Source: an uncultured Gemmatimonadaceae bacterium
GTDB taxonomy: Bacteria > Gemmatimonadota > Gemmatimonadetes > Gemmatimonadales > Gemmatimonadaceae
Direction: 5' to 3'
DNA length: 64,000 bases
Assembly (NCBI GenBank): GCA_963781585.1
Contig: CAWAGQ010000004.1
Coordinates: 800,001 to 864,000 of the forward strand
Shown here: positions 49,273-58,852 of the stretch, piece after piece
How positions within the stretch are numbered: the stretch's first letter is position 1
Layout: every line of letters starts with the position of its first letter
Translations under genes and position numbers: made by a program
Notes under the pieces: model-generated
The model's input: only the letters and a program-made list of their open reading frames with translations
What the model was told of the DNA's origin: nothing
The model's database searches: none

Positions 49273-50361
49273 GGCGCGTGTCAAGGCGTCCACCCGGAGC
49301 CACCCGTCGGCGGTCAGCCGGAGTCGATCTCTGTCGACCGTCGCCCACCCCTCGCGACACCACTCCTCGGCCAGGCCTCGATCCGCCCGGTCGATCGGTA
49401 CCCCATATGACGTCCTGAGGCCAAGAAGGGTCTCTTCGATCGCGGTTTGCTCCGTTGAGAGCCGCTCGACTCCCGAGACGGGATCGTCGCCAGCGCGGAG
49501 GCGGTGACCCCAGGCTGCGTACTCTCGCTCGTTCCACCGACGCGTCGATCCGTCGAAGCCGTGCGCCGAGGGGCCGAGGCCCACGTACGGCATGCGGCGC
49601 CAGTAGGCAAGGTTGTGACGCGACTGAAAGCCAGGGCGCGCATAGTTCGAGACCTCGTAGTGTTCGAAGCCGGCAGCGCAAAGGAACTCGTGCGCCTCCA
49701 GGAACTCGTTCGCGAAGCTGCCTTCGCCGGCTTCCCGCATCGCGCCGCGGGCGTGCTCCCGACCCAGCGGCGTATTGGGCTCCACGGTGAGACCGTAACA
49801 GGAGATGTGGGGCGGCTCGAGCGTGAGCGCCAGTTCCAGGTCGCGGCGCCAGTCGCGCTCGAGGTCGTCGGGGATCGCGAAGATGAGGTCGAGCGACCAG
49901 TTGGTGAAGCCGGCGTCGCGGAGCACCGCCGCAGCCGTCCCGATTGCGCGCGCGTCGTGCGTGCGATGCATCCATTGCAGCACCCGGTCGTCGAAGCTCT
50001 GGGCGCCTAACGAAACACGGTTGACGCCCGCGCCACGCCAGCACGTCGCGGCCGCGGGTGTGACGTCTTCCGGGTTCGCCTCGATCGTCACTTCGCCGCC
50101 CCCGAGCAGGAGCCACGAGGCCCGCAGCACCTCGATGACGCGGGCCAGCCCCTCCGCGCCAAGTCGGGATGGCGTCCCTCCGCCGACGTAGATCGTTGTC
50201 ACAGCGTTGCCGCCGGTTGGAAATCGCAGCGCGATCTCACGCTCCAGCAGCGCGGTGAACTCGCCTGCCGGCACGTTGCGCCGCACCGCGATTGCAAAGT
50301 CGCAATACGTGCAGCGACGTGCACAGAACGGCACATGGACGTAGAGATGCGAGGCGGTCAT
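49249..50361 (-). CDS. hemW: Radical SAM heme chaperone HemW (HemN-like)
   Basis: YVHVPFCARRCTYCDF, GGGTPS, YEVSNY and HNLAYW motifs; upstream of hrcA. Confidence 0.92.
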   Translation of the reverse strand: MTASHLYVHVPFCARRCTYCDFAIAVRRNVPAGEFTALLEREIALRFPTGGNAVTTIYVGGGTPSRLGAEGLARVIEVLRASWLLLGGGEVTIEANPEDVTPAAATCWRGAGVNRVSLGAQSFDDRVLQWMHRTHDARAIGTAAAVLRDAGFTNWSLDLIFAIPDDLERDWRRDLELALTLEPPHISCYGLTVEPNTPLGREHARGAMREAGEGSFANEFLEAHEFLCAAGFEHYEVSNYARPGFQSRHNLAYWRRMPYVGLGPSAHGFDGSTRRWNEREYAAWGHRLRAGDDPVSGVERLSTEQTAIEETLLGLRTSYGVPIDRADRGLAEEWCREGWATVDRDRLRLTADGWLRVDALTRALTNLRSR

Positions 50362-50518
50362 CGTTTTGAAGCTACAGCCTCCCGTGGGATTCGGTCGCGA
50401 TCCCCAGACCAGGGGCCCTCCTCCAGTGACCTGGCGCGGCCGCCGCACCTGAGACGGGTGTTCCGGCATCGCCGCCGCCACAAGGCTGTGAAGCCTCCGG
50501 GCCTCGGGCAGCACGACC

Positions 50519-51652
50519 CTAGCGGTTGATCCGCAGATTGCCGGCGTGATCGGTCCAGATGGCGCCAGCCAGTTCGAGCGACACCAGCGCCGCGGCCACG
50601 TGGCGCGCCTCGAAGCCAGTCGTGCGCGATACCGACATCGAGTCCGCGGCTCCCGTGTGAATGGCCTGAAGGACCGCGTTCTCCAGTGGATCCTGTTCTG
50701 CCCCGGGACTGCTCGCGTTCCCGGACGCAGCGAGCGCGAAGGGCCCCGTGGCCGAGGCACGGGAATTCGCCCGCCGGCCCGCCAGACCGGCAGCCAGAAG
50801 CGCATCCTCTTCCGATCCCACGAACGTGGCCCCGTGACGGAGCAGGCCGTTGCTCCCGCCGCATTGCGCCGCGTCCATGGGACCGGGCACGGCACCGACC
50901 GACCGACCCAGCTCCAGCGCGTGGTTGCTCGTGATCAGAGCGCCACTGCGTTCACCGGCTTCCACCACGATCACCAGGCGGCTCAGGGCCGCGATGATGC
51001 GGTTCCGCCTGGGGAACGCGCCAGGAAGGGCTTTCGTGCCTGGCTTTGCCTCCGACAGCACCGCCCCGCGGGCGACAATCTCGTCGTACAGGGCGCGATG
51101 GGCGGCTGGATAGACAACATCGACCCCTCCCCCTAGCACCGCGATCGTCGTTCCGCCGGCGTCGAGCGACCCTCGGTGGGCCGCGGCGTCGATGCCCCGC
51201 GCCATTCCGCTCACCACGCACGCTCCCGCACGCGCCAGTGCGCCTGCTAGCCGTCGTGCCGCGCGGTCGCCGGAGAGTGAGGATTCCCTCGTCCCGACCA
51301 TTGCCACCACAGGCTGCGCCAGACAGGCGAGCGAGCCCCTGGCGAAGAGGATTGACGGCGGGTCACGCAGGTCGAGAAGGGGTGCCGGGTAGTCCGGCTC
51401 ACCCAGGATGAGCACCCGGGCGCGGGCCTTACTGGCGGCCGTCAGAATCTCATCCGCCTGTTCCAGCGCCGATTCGCGGACGCCGGGGGTGACCGGATCC
51501 TCGAATACGCCACACTCGTCCTCGAAGGCGGCGGCGGCGGATCCGAACCGTTCGACGCTCTTCCGGAACGCTACGCATCCGACGTCGGGGAGGCATGCCA
51601 GCGCGACCGCCGCGCGGACCGCTGGGTCACCAGAGCGCAGCGTCTCGTTCAC
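50519..51652 (-). CDS. dprA: DNA processing protein DprA
   Basis: VGTR, VSGMARGID, FPRRNRIIAAL and SGALIT motifs; C-terminal winged helix. Start inferred at GTG. Confidence 0.93.
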   Translation of the reverse strand: MNETLRSGDPAVRAAVALACLPDVGCVAFRKSVERFGSAAAAFEDECGVFEDPVTPGVRESALEQADEILTAASKARARVLILGEPDYPAPLLDLRDPPSILFARGSLACLAQPVVAMVGTRESSLSGDRAARRLAGALARAGACVVSGMARGIDAAAHRGSLDAGGTTIAVLGGGVDVVYPAAHRALYDEIVARGAVLSEAKPGTKALPGAFPRRNRIIAALSRLVIVVEAGERSGALITSNHALELGRSVGAVPGPMDAAQCGGSNGLLRHGATFVGSEEDALLAAGLAGRRANSRASATGPFALAASGNASSPGAEQDPLENAVLQAIHTGAADSMSVSRTTGFEARHVAAALVSLELAGAIWTDHAGNLRINR

Positions 51653-52646
51653 GGCGTTCTGCGTCGGCGCGTTCTGTCTGGAGCGCCGCCCACCAGCCCT
51701 CGAGCATCTCCGGGATGCCGGTCCCTGCCACAGCACTTACCACGAATGATCCGAACGATTCCGGGGCTTCGACCGGCGGGAGCATGACCTCGCCAAGCAG
51801 GTCGACCTTGGTGAAGACGATGCAGTGTGGCTTCGCCGCCAGCTCCGCCGAGTAGGCGGTGAGCTCCCGCCGCAATTGATCGTACTCGGACTGCCAGTCG
51901 AGGGCATCCATCGGAACGAGCAGCGCCAGGACACGCGTGCGCTCGATGTGCCGAAGAAACTGCAGCCCGAGTCCGCGTCCTTCGTGTGCGCCCTCGATGA
52001 TGCCGGGAATGTCCGCCACCACGAAGGTCCGGTGGTCGGAGAGCGGCACCACGCCCAGGTTGGGCGTGAGCGTGGTGAATGGGTACTCGGCGATCTTCGG
52101 ACGGGCGCGGGAGATGACGGACAACATGGTGCTCTTTCCCGCGTTAGGCTGGCCGACCAGGCCCACATCGGCGATGAGCTTGAGCTCGAGTTCCAGGGAG
52201 CGGGCTTCGCCTTCGCGTCCGGGCTCCCACTCGCGAGGTGCCTGGTGTGTAGAGGTCGCAAAGGCGGCATTGCCGCGGCCACCGCGCCCGCCCCGCGCCA
52301 CCACGATCTCCTGGCCGTCCTCGAGGATCTCCCCCACCAGCTCTCCGCTATCGCGATCCCGCACCACCGTCCCCGGCGGTACCGGCAGGACGACCGGTGC
52401 GGCAGAGCGTCCGGTCTTGTTGGAGCCCATCCCGTGCTCGCCGCGCTCCGCCGTCCACGAGTCGCGATACGTGTAGTCGAGCAGCGTCGAGAGGTTGCGG
52501 TCTCCGCGGACCAGCACGTCGCCGCCCCGACCCCCGTCACCGCCGTCGGGGCCGCCCATGGGGACGAACTTCTCCCGGCGGAACGAGGATGCGCCGGATC
52601 CGCCCGTGCCCGCGCGTACCCGCACGACCACCCGGTCAATGAACAT
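51627..52646 (-). CDS. obgE: GTPase Obg
   Basis: FRREKFVP.GGPDGGDGG, GQPNAGKS, YPFTT and DIPG motifs. Confidence 0.97.
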   Translation of the reverse strand: MFIDRVVVRVRAGTGGSGASSFRREKFVPMGGPDGGDGGRGGDVLVRGDRNLSTLLDYTYRDSWTAERGEHGMGSNKTGRSAAPVVLPVPPGTVVRDRDSGELVGEILEDGQEIVVARGGRGGRGNAAFATSTHQAPREWEPGREGEARSLELELKLIADVGLVGQPNAGKSTMLSVISRARPKIAEYPFTTLTPNLGVVPLSDHRTFVVADIPGIIEGAHEGRGLGLQFLRHIERTRVLALLVPMDALDWQSEYDQLRRELTAYSAELAAKPHCIVFTKVDLLGEVMLPPVEAPESFGSFVVSAVAGTGIPEMLEGWWAALQTERADAERRERDAALW

Positions 52647-53316
52647 GCGTCTTCGCGCCTCCCGCCCGCTGGCCGTCCCGCACCCGCGCCCAGAGCAACT
52701 GGTAGCGCGTCCGCTCTGCTTCGTTGAGGAGGTCGCCGATCGCGTCGAGGACCTCGGCCACCGCCTCCGGAAGTGCTCCGGCGTGGAGTGCGCCGTGCAG
52801 ATGCGAGTGCAGCTGACGATCCTGGCGGGCCGCCGCGCACGCCGCGACGATGCAGAGTTCCCGGCGCCGGAGATCCAGTTGCGGGCGGGAGAGCACCTTG
52901 CCGTAGCCCTCGGCGATCATCCAGGCGTCGAGCGCCGGATGGAGCGCTCGGATGTTGCGACGCAGTCGCTCATAGAAGGGGCCGTAGACGGTGGCGCAGG
53001 TCTGCTCGCCGGCGAGTCGCCAGTGGTCGCTCCGCGCATAGTCCTCCCCGGCATCGTCGGGCGGCGCCGCGCGTCCCGAGGCACGCCGCCACTCGCGTGC
53101 CGCATTCAGCGCACGCGGGAACCCGGCGAACAGATACGACTGCAGAATGACCTCCTCGACCCATTCGGGCCGGATCCGTGCGACGGCGCGCGCGACCCCC
53201 GCGCGCACCGCGTGCTCGTTGCCGGCGGTGATGATCGCCGCGAGCCTGACGAGCTCGCGTTCCTCGCCGTCGAGCGCAGGCATGATGGGGGTTGGGGACG
53301 GAGGAAGCGGCATCAT
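52636..53316 (-). CDS. Carboxymuconolactone decarboxylase (AhpD-like) family protein
   Basis: LFAGFPRALNA, YGKVLSRP.LDLRRREL and QLHSHLHGAL motifs. Confidence 0.85.
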   Translation of the reverse strand: MMPLPPSPTPIMPALDGEERELVRLAAIITAGNEHAVRAGVARAVARIRPEWVEEVILQSYLFAGFPRALNAAREWRRASGRAAPPDDAGEDYARSDHWRLAGEQTCATVYGPFYERLRRNIRALHPALDAWMIAEGYGKVLSRPQLDLRRRELCIVAACAAARQDRQLHSHLHGALHAGALPEAVAEVLDAIGDLLNEAERTRYQLLWARVRDGQRAGGAKTHVH

Positions 53317-53364
53317 TCGGGCGCGTACCGGCGCGCCTCATTGCGCGAAAAGGCACACGCCGGA

Positions 53365-53399
53365 GACCAGGGGTCACAGGCCACGGGCCGGAGGCCATG
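53365..53399. repeat. Heptamer tandem array (5 units)
   Basis: gaccagg ggtcaca ggccacg ggccgga ggccatg. Confidence 0.65.
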
Positions 53400-53404
53400 G
53401 CCCC

Positions 53405-54397
53405 TCACACCCCGGATACCCTGACGTCCCCAACCACCTCGCCCCGCGTGTTGTGCACCAGCGGGTGCGCGATGTCCTGCAGGCGAGGCGCCAGGGGGTC
53501 GGGCAGCTCGCCAAGGCGTTGCAGCAGGTACAACAACGCCGGGTACTGCGCGCGCGCCGCGCCGTCCTCCACCTTGATTGCCACGCCGATGCCGCGTTCG
53601 AGCAGTGCCGCGCAGTGTACCCCTTCGGCGCCGATCTTCGGCAGGACGCGCCCCTCGCTCTCCTCGATCAGGGCGGTATCGAACCGATCGCTTCCCCCCA
53701 CCAGGAACGGGCGCGTGCGCATGGCCGACACGACGCGTGCCGCCATCCCGGACCGGCTGCGCCATCCGTGCGCCAACTGCGCGTACGCGCGCGCCATCCC
53801 CTCGAGGGGGATCGTGAACACCACGACTCCGCAGCCATCGATCGAACACGGAATGCCCTTGGCCGGAAGGTCCACCCATCGCGCCACTTCCTCGAGACAC
53901 GCGGTCTGCACGGGGTGGCCCAGACGCTCGTATCCGCGGATGGTCCACTGGGCCAGGTGCGCCGCGCCGAGCATGGCGGCGTGCTTGCCCGAGCAGTTGT
54001 TGTGGAGCCGTGTCGGTGACGCGCCATTCTCGCGCAGCATGCGGACTCCGCGCTTCGACAGGGGTTCGTGCGCTCCGCATGCCAGATCGCCTTCCTCGAG
54101 CCCGATGTCCTTGAGCATGCTCTCGGCGATCGCCACGTGTTCCGGTTCGCCGCCGTGCGAGGCGCAGGCGAGAGCGAGTTCGTCGTCGCCCCAATCGAGC
54201 TCCTCGAACCCGCCGCTCTCGAGCAGCGGCATGACCTGAAACGGCTTGGCACACGACCGCCAGGGAGATTGGAGCGTCGTGTCGCCGGCGCGCGCGACGA
54301 GTCCGTCGCAGGCATCGACCACCGCAGCGTGGACGCGATGTCGTGATTCCACGACATCACCGCGTGTGACGTGAACGTCGAGTTGGTAGATGTCCAT
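53405..54397 (-). CDS. L-asparaginase II (Rhizobium-type)
   Basis: RSCAKPFQ, CASHGGE, NNCSGKH, DGCG and KIGAEG motifs. Confidence 0.92.
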   Translation of the reverse strand: MDIYQLDVHVTRGDVVESRHRVHAAVVDACDGLVARAGDTTLQSPWRSCAKPFQVMPLLESGGFEELDWGDDELALACASHGGEPEHVAIAESMLKDIGLEEGDLACGAHEPLSKRGVRMLRENGASPTRLHNNCSGKHAAMLGAAHLAQWTIRGYERLGHPVQTACLEEVARWVDLPAKGIPCSIDGCGVVVFTIPLEGMARAYAQLAHGWRSRSGMAARVVSAMRTRPFLVGGSDRFDTALIEESEGRVLPKIGAEGVHCAALLERGIGVAIKVEDGAARAQYPALLYLLQRLGELPDPLAPRLQDIAHPLVHNTRGEVVGDVRVSGV

Positions 54398-54512
54398 TCG
54401 CCGGTGCGCACTGCGTGGCCCGCTCACGGAAGATAACCGGGCGGGCACACCAGACGCGCATCGGTGGCGCCCGTTGACCAGTGGCGCGGATCAGGCCTAC
54501 CTTCCCGGCGCC

Positions 54513-55541
54513 ATGGCCCGTGCTGCTCCCTCTTCCCGCGCCCTCATCGGTCGCGCCCGACTGGCCCGGCTGCTCGACGGCATGCGGGGTAAGCGCATCG
54601 TCGTCGTCGGCGATGCGATGCTCGATGTGTATCTGCATGGCGACGTGGAGCGCATTTCGCCGGAGGCTCCGGTGCCGGTGGTGCGGGTTCGCGAGCGTCG
54701 TTATGCGCTGGGGGGGGCTGCCAACGTCGTCCAGAACGTGGCGGCAACCGGTGCCCGGGTCACGCTGGTGGCGACCGTCGGCGACGATGACGCCGGGGGC
54801 CGGCTGCGGGGGATGCTCGCGCGGATCGGAGCCGACGGGGACGCGCTCATCGCCAGCGCGCGGGAAACCACCACCAAGACGCGTCTGGTGGCGCGATCGC
54901 AGCAGGTGGTGCGGGTGGACGAGGAGGACGACGGGGATCTGCCCGCGCACGACGTGCAGCGCCTGCTCGATGCCCTGCTGCCGCTGGTGGCGCGCGCCGA
55001 CGCCGTGGTGCTGGAGGACTACAACAAGGGCGTGCTGGTCCCGGCGGTCATCACGGCAACGATCGACGCGGCGCGGGCGCGGGGCGTGCCGGTGGTCGTC
55101 GATCCCAAGTTCCGCAATTTCTTCTCGTATCAGGGCGCGACGATCTTCAAACCGAACCGGCGCGAGCTCGAGTCCGCGCTCGGCGCCACCGTGCATCTGG
55201 AGGACGATGGCGCCCTGCCGGTGATGGTCCAGCGCCTGGGGGTCGACCATCTGCTGCTCACGTTAGGCGACCGCGGGATGACGCTGGTGTCGGCGGCGGG
55301 CGCGGTGACGCGGATCCCGACGACGGCTCGCGAGGTGTTCGACGTGGTGGGGGCCGGGGACACGGTGATCGCGTATCTGGCGACCGCGCTGGCGGCGGGT
55401 GCGACGGCGGCCGAGGCGGCGGTGATCTCGAACTTCGCAGCGGGGGTGGAGGTGGGGAAACTGGGAGCGGCAACGGTGAGCACGGCAGAGATTCTGGAGG
55501 CGGCGGCGCACCACAGCGGGGGCGGGCGCAAGCGCGGGTGA
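54513..55541 (+). CDS. hldA: D-glycero-beta-D-manno-heptose-7-phosphate kinase (RfaE/HldE domain I)
   Basis: GDAMLD, RISPEAPVPV, DYNKG and DVVGAGDT motifs. Confidence 0.9.
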   Translation: MARAAPSSRALIGRARLARLLDGMRGKRIVVVGDAMLDVYLHGDVERISPEAPVPVVRVRERRYALGGAANVVQNVAATGARVTLVATVGDDDAGGRLRGMLARIGADGDALIASARETTTKTRLVARSQQVVRVDEEDDGDLPAHDVQRLLDALLPLVARADAVVLEDYNKGVLVPAVITATIDAARARGVPVVVDPKFRNFFSYQGATIFKPNRRELESALGATVHLEDDGALPVMVQRLGVDHLLLTLGDRGMTLVSAAGAVTRIPTTAREVFDVVGAGDTVIAYLATALAAGATAAEAAVISNFAAGVEVGKLGAATVSTAEILEAAAHHSGGGRKRG

Positions 55542-55692
55542 GGGACGGGGGACCCCCCGGCCGTGGGTCTCGTGGGTACGCGTCAGGAGCGTGCGATCGG
55601 GTGGGAGCGTCGGTTCTCGATGCGGGTGATTCGCCCGACGCGTGCGCGGTCCGGTTGGCGCGTTTTCCAGCGTGCGCTAACTTCGATCCAGC

Positions 55693-55766
55693 GGGCCCTT
55701 AGCTCAGCTGGTTAGAGCAGCGGACTCATAATCCGACGGTCGCAGGTTCGATCCCTGCAGGGCCCA
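55693..55766 (+). tRNA. tRNA with CAT anticodon, most likely tRNA-Ile2 (lysidine)
   Basis: GGGCCCTTAGCTCAGCTGGTTAGAGCAGCGGACTCATAATCCG...AGGGCCCA. Acceptor and body resemble Ile2; initiator features (C1 mismatch, GGG/CCC anticodon stem) are absent. Confidence 0.9.
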
Positions 55767-55978
55767 TGGGGCACCAGCGCATAGCTCTGAGCTCACAGCT
55801 CGAGGCTCGTGGAGCCCTCGGGACGATGCCAAGCGTGGAGGGCGCGCGTGGCCGGTGTCCGTTGCCCCATTTTCTGACCCGCGACCTGCTCTGCGCCTGA
55901 CCGCGCGAGTGGCTCTGTCTCCTCACGCAGCAAAGGACGAGGAGCCGCCGCAAATACTTGGCGCGTCTGACGGGCGCC

Positions 55979-56116
55979 CTATCGGAACAGCGCCAACGCT
56001 TTCACCGCCACCTGCGCCACGCCCCACAACGCCGGCAGCCCGACCACCAGCCACGACAACGCCACCTTGAGCCGCTCGGACCCGGCGGCATCCTTCGCTG
56101 CGTCAGGCGCGCTCAT
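55979..56116 (-). CDS. Small membrane protein (MFS transporter small-subunit type)
   Basis: MSAPD...LSWLVVGLPALWGVAQVAVKALALFR; ATGA-coupled to the MFS gene. Confidence 0.75.
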   Translation of the reverse strand: MSAPDAAKDAAGSERLKVALSWLVVGLPALWGVAQVAVKALALFR

Positions 56117-57513
56117 GCGGTCCCTCCGTCGGGCAGCGCCGCCAGCTCCTCGGTCGCGCGACCGCGCTGGCCCGCGTAGTGGTATCGCGGATCGACCGGC
56201 CCCACCAGCCAGTTCGCCACGAATCCCGCCACCAGCAGCACCGCCATCAGGTACATCACGATCGAGTATGCGTTCGACTTCGCCACGCCGTGCGTCATCT
56301 GATATTCGCTGATGTAGTTCACCAGCACCGGACCGGCCACGCCGGCGAACGACCACGCGGTCAGCAGACGCCCATGAATCGCGCCCACGTGCATCACGCC
56401 GAAGAGATCGCGCAGATACGCGGGAATGGTCGCGAATCCACCCCCGTACATGCTCATGATCACGCAGTAGAACAGGACGAACAGCACCACACTGCCGATC
56501 CGCCCGGTGGTCGGCACCAGCGCGTACAGCGCGGCGCCGAGCGCAAAGTACACCATGTACGTGCGCCGTCGACCGATGTGATCCGACAGCGACGACCACA
56601 GGAAGCGACCGGCCATGTTCGCCAGGCTGAGCAACCCCACGAATCCTGCCGCCGCCGAGGCGCCAATGACGCCGGTGAACGTATCCTGGATCATCGGCGA
56701 CGCCTGGCCCAGCACGCCGATTCCCGCCGTCACGTTGAGCGCCAGGACGGCCCAGAGCAGCCAGAACTGGCGCGTCCCCAGCGCCCGATCGACGTGCACG
56801 TCCGGACCAGCCGGGACGCTGCGCGACGTCGCCGGACTCCACCCCGCCGGCCGCCATCCTTCCGCTGGCAGCCGCACGGTGAACACGCCGAACATCATGA
56901 ACACGAAATACAGGAGCCCCATCACCACGAACGCCGGCGCGACGCCGGTGGACGTCGGCGAGCGGAAATGCTCCATCAGCCCGACGGCCAGCGGCGACCC
57001 GATCATCGCCCCGCCACCGAACCCCATGATCGCCATTCCGGTCGCCATCCCCGGCCGGTCGGGGAACCACCTGATGAGCGTGGACACCGGCGAGATGTAC
57101 CCGAGTCCAAGCCCGATCCCCCCCAGGACCCCGTAGCCGAGGTACAGCAGCCACACCTGATGCCACACCACGCCTAACGCGGCGACCAGGAATCCGCCAC
57201 CGAAGCAGGCGGCCGAGGCGAACATCGCGCGCCGCGGTCCCGCCTCCTCCAGCCATCTCCCGAACGCGAACGCCGACAGGCCGAGAAAGACGATCGCGAT
57301 GCTGAACACCCACCCGATCGTGGTCCGCTTCCAGTCCCCCGGCGCCGACTCGGTGACGCCCCGCACCATCGTCAGCGGCAGGTTGAAGACGCTGAATGCG
57401 TACACCTGGCCGATCGACAGATGGATCGCGAGTGCTGCCGGCGGCACGCGCCAGCGGCTGAATCCGGGGCCGGCGATACAGCGGTCGCGATCGAGGAAGC
57501 GGAACGTGGACAT
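56113..57513 (-). CDS. OFA family MFS transporter (oxalate/formate/lactate type)
   Basis: About 12 TM segments; WFPDRPGMATGMAIMGFGGG and YGGGFATIPAY motifs. Confidence 0.92.
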   Translation of the reverse strand: MSTFRFLDRDRCIAGPGFSRWRVPPAALAIHLSIGQVYAFSVFNLPLTMVRGVTESAPGDWKRTTIGWVFSIAIVFLGLSAFAFGRWLEEAGPRRAMFASAACFGGGFLVAALGVVWHQVWLLYLGYGVLGGIGLGLGYISPVSTLIRWFPDRPGMATGMAIMGFGGGAMIGSPLAVGLMEHFRSPTSTGVAPAFVVMGLLYFVFMMFGVFTVRLPAEGWRPAGWSPATSRSVPAGPDVHVDRALGTRQFWLLWAVLALNVTAGIGVLGQASPMIQDTFTGVIGASAAAGFVGLLSLANMAGRFLWSSLSDHIGRRRTYMVYFALGAALYALVPTTGRIGSVVLFVLFYCVIMSMYGGGFATIPAYLRDLFGVMHVGAIHGRLLTAWSFAGVAGPVLVNYISEYQMTHGVAKSNAYSIVMYLMAVLLVAGFVANWLVGPVDPRYHYAGQRGRATEELAALPDGGTA

Positions 57514-57683
57514 CTACGCGGCGGAGGAGATGGTCGCGCGCCACGCAGCACCGCGCGCCAATTGGGGTCGAGTGCCAAATCATTGTCCGCGGAACCGGTC
57601 GCCGGAAGAGGAGGCGCACTACCCTCCCCTGAATGGCTCGATTAACCTTCCTCGCCCGACGCCCACGCGGCGCGGGAGCGTAC

Positions 57684-57757
57684 GGTCGCGTAGCTCAGCT
57701 GGTTAGAGCGCTGGTCTCACATACCAGAGGTCCGGGGTTCGAGTCCCTGCGCGACCA
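57684..57757 (+). tRNA. tRNA-Val (CAC)
   Basis: GGTCGCGTAGCTCAGCTGGTTAGAGCGCTGGTCTCACATACCAGAGGTCCGGGGTTCGAGTCCCTGCGCGACCA. Confidence 0.96.
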
Positions 57758-57767
57758 TCTTCGAGGG

Positions 57768-58784
57768 TCAGGGACGGCCCGCCAACCCGGCCTGGGCTTC
57801 GGCCTCCCGGCGCGCCAGATCCAGATCCGCCTCGATCATCATCCGCACGAGATCGCGGAAGCTCGTCTTCGGCGTCCACTTCAGCTGGCGACGAGCCTTC
57901 CCCGCGTCGCCCTGCAGCACATCGACCTCCGCCGGCCGGTAGTACCGCGGATCGATGTCGACATACCGCTTCCAGTCGAGGTCGAGCAACCGCGCGCTCT
58001 CGTCGAGGAAGTCCCGCACCGAATGCGTGACACCGGTCGCGATCACGAAGTCGCCGGGCGACTCCTCCTGCAGCATGAGCCACATCGCGTCGACGTAATC
58101 GCCGGCAAAGCCCCAGTCGCGCCGCGCATCCAGGTTGCCGAGGAACAACTTCGACTGCAGCCCGAGTTTGATCCGCGTCAGGCCCTGCGTGATCTTCCGC
58201 GTCACGAAGTTCTCCCCGCGCCGCGGACTCTCGTGGTTGAACAGGATCCCGCACGACGCGTGCAGTGCGTAGCTCTCGCGGTAGTTCACCACCGCGTGGT
58301 GGGCGAAGACCTTGGCGCACGCGTACGGCGACCGGGGATGAAACGGCGTGCGCTCCGATTGCGGCGTCTCCACCACCCTGCCGAACATCTCGCTCGACGA
58401 GGCCTGATAGAACCGCGGCGTGAGACCGAGGTTGCGGATGGCTTCGAGCAGTCGCAGCGTCCCGACCCCGGTCACCTCCACCGTATACTCGGGGATGTCG
58501 AAGCTGATGCGCACGTGACTCTGCGCGCCCAGATTGTATACCTCGTCCGGCTCCACCTCGGCCAGCACCCGCTGCAGCGACGACGCATCGTTGAGGTCAC
58601 CATAGTGCAGGCGGAGTCCGGTACCCGGGACGTTTTCGTCCAGATAGACGTGCTCGATGCGCTGGGTCGAAAACGAGCTCGAGCGACGCACGATGCCGTG
58701 CACGTCGTATCCCTTCCGCAGCAGCAACTCGGCGAGATACGAACCGTCCTGTCCAGTGATGCCGGTGATGAGAGCCTTGCGCAC
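57768..58784 (-). CDS. gmd: GDP-mannose 4,6-dehydratase
   Basis: [26 protein letters not shown] and FNHESPRRG motifs. Confidence 0.96.
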   Translation of the reverse strand: MRKALITGITGQDGSYLAELLLRKGYDVHGIVRRSSSFSTQRIEHVYLDENVPGTGLRLHYGDLNDASSLQRVLAEVEPDEVYNLGAQSHVRISFDIPEYTVEVTGVGTLRLLEAIRNLGLTPRFYQASSSEMFGRVVETPQSERTPFHPRSPYACAKVFAHHAVVNYRESYALHASCGILFNHESPRRGENFVTRKITQGLTRIKLGLQSKLFLGNLDARRDWGFAGDYVDAMWLMLQEESPGDFVIATGVTHSVRDFLDESARLLDLDWKRYVDIDPRYYRPAEVDVLQGDAGKARRQLKWTPKTSFRDLVRMMIEADLDLARREAEAQAGLAGRP

Positions 58785-58852
58785 GATGAGCACCTGGGAT
58801 GCTGGTGGCGAACTCCCGCCACGCTTGTTGCCGGTTGCTGATTCCCGATAGC

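Noticed and set aside
50362..50518. Glycine-riboswitch-like CTCAGG upstream of hemW
   Set aside because: Other conserved aptamer elements are missing, the context is wrong, and a -10 box sits right at the ATG.
55693..55766. tRNA-Met or tRNA-fMet
   Set aside because: It has a paired G1-C72 and no triple G-C anticodon stem; the body resembles Ile2.
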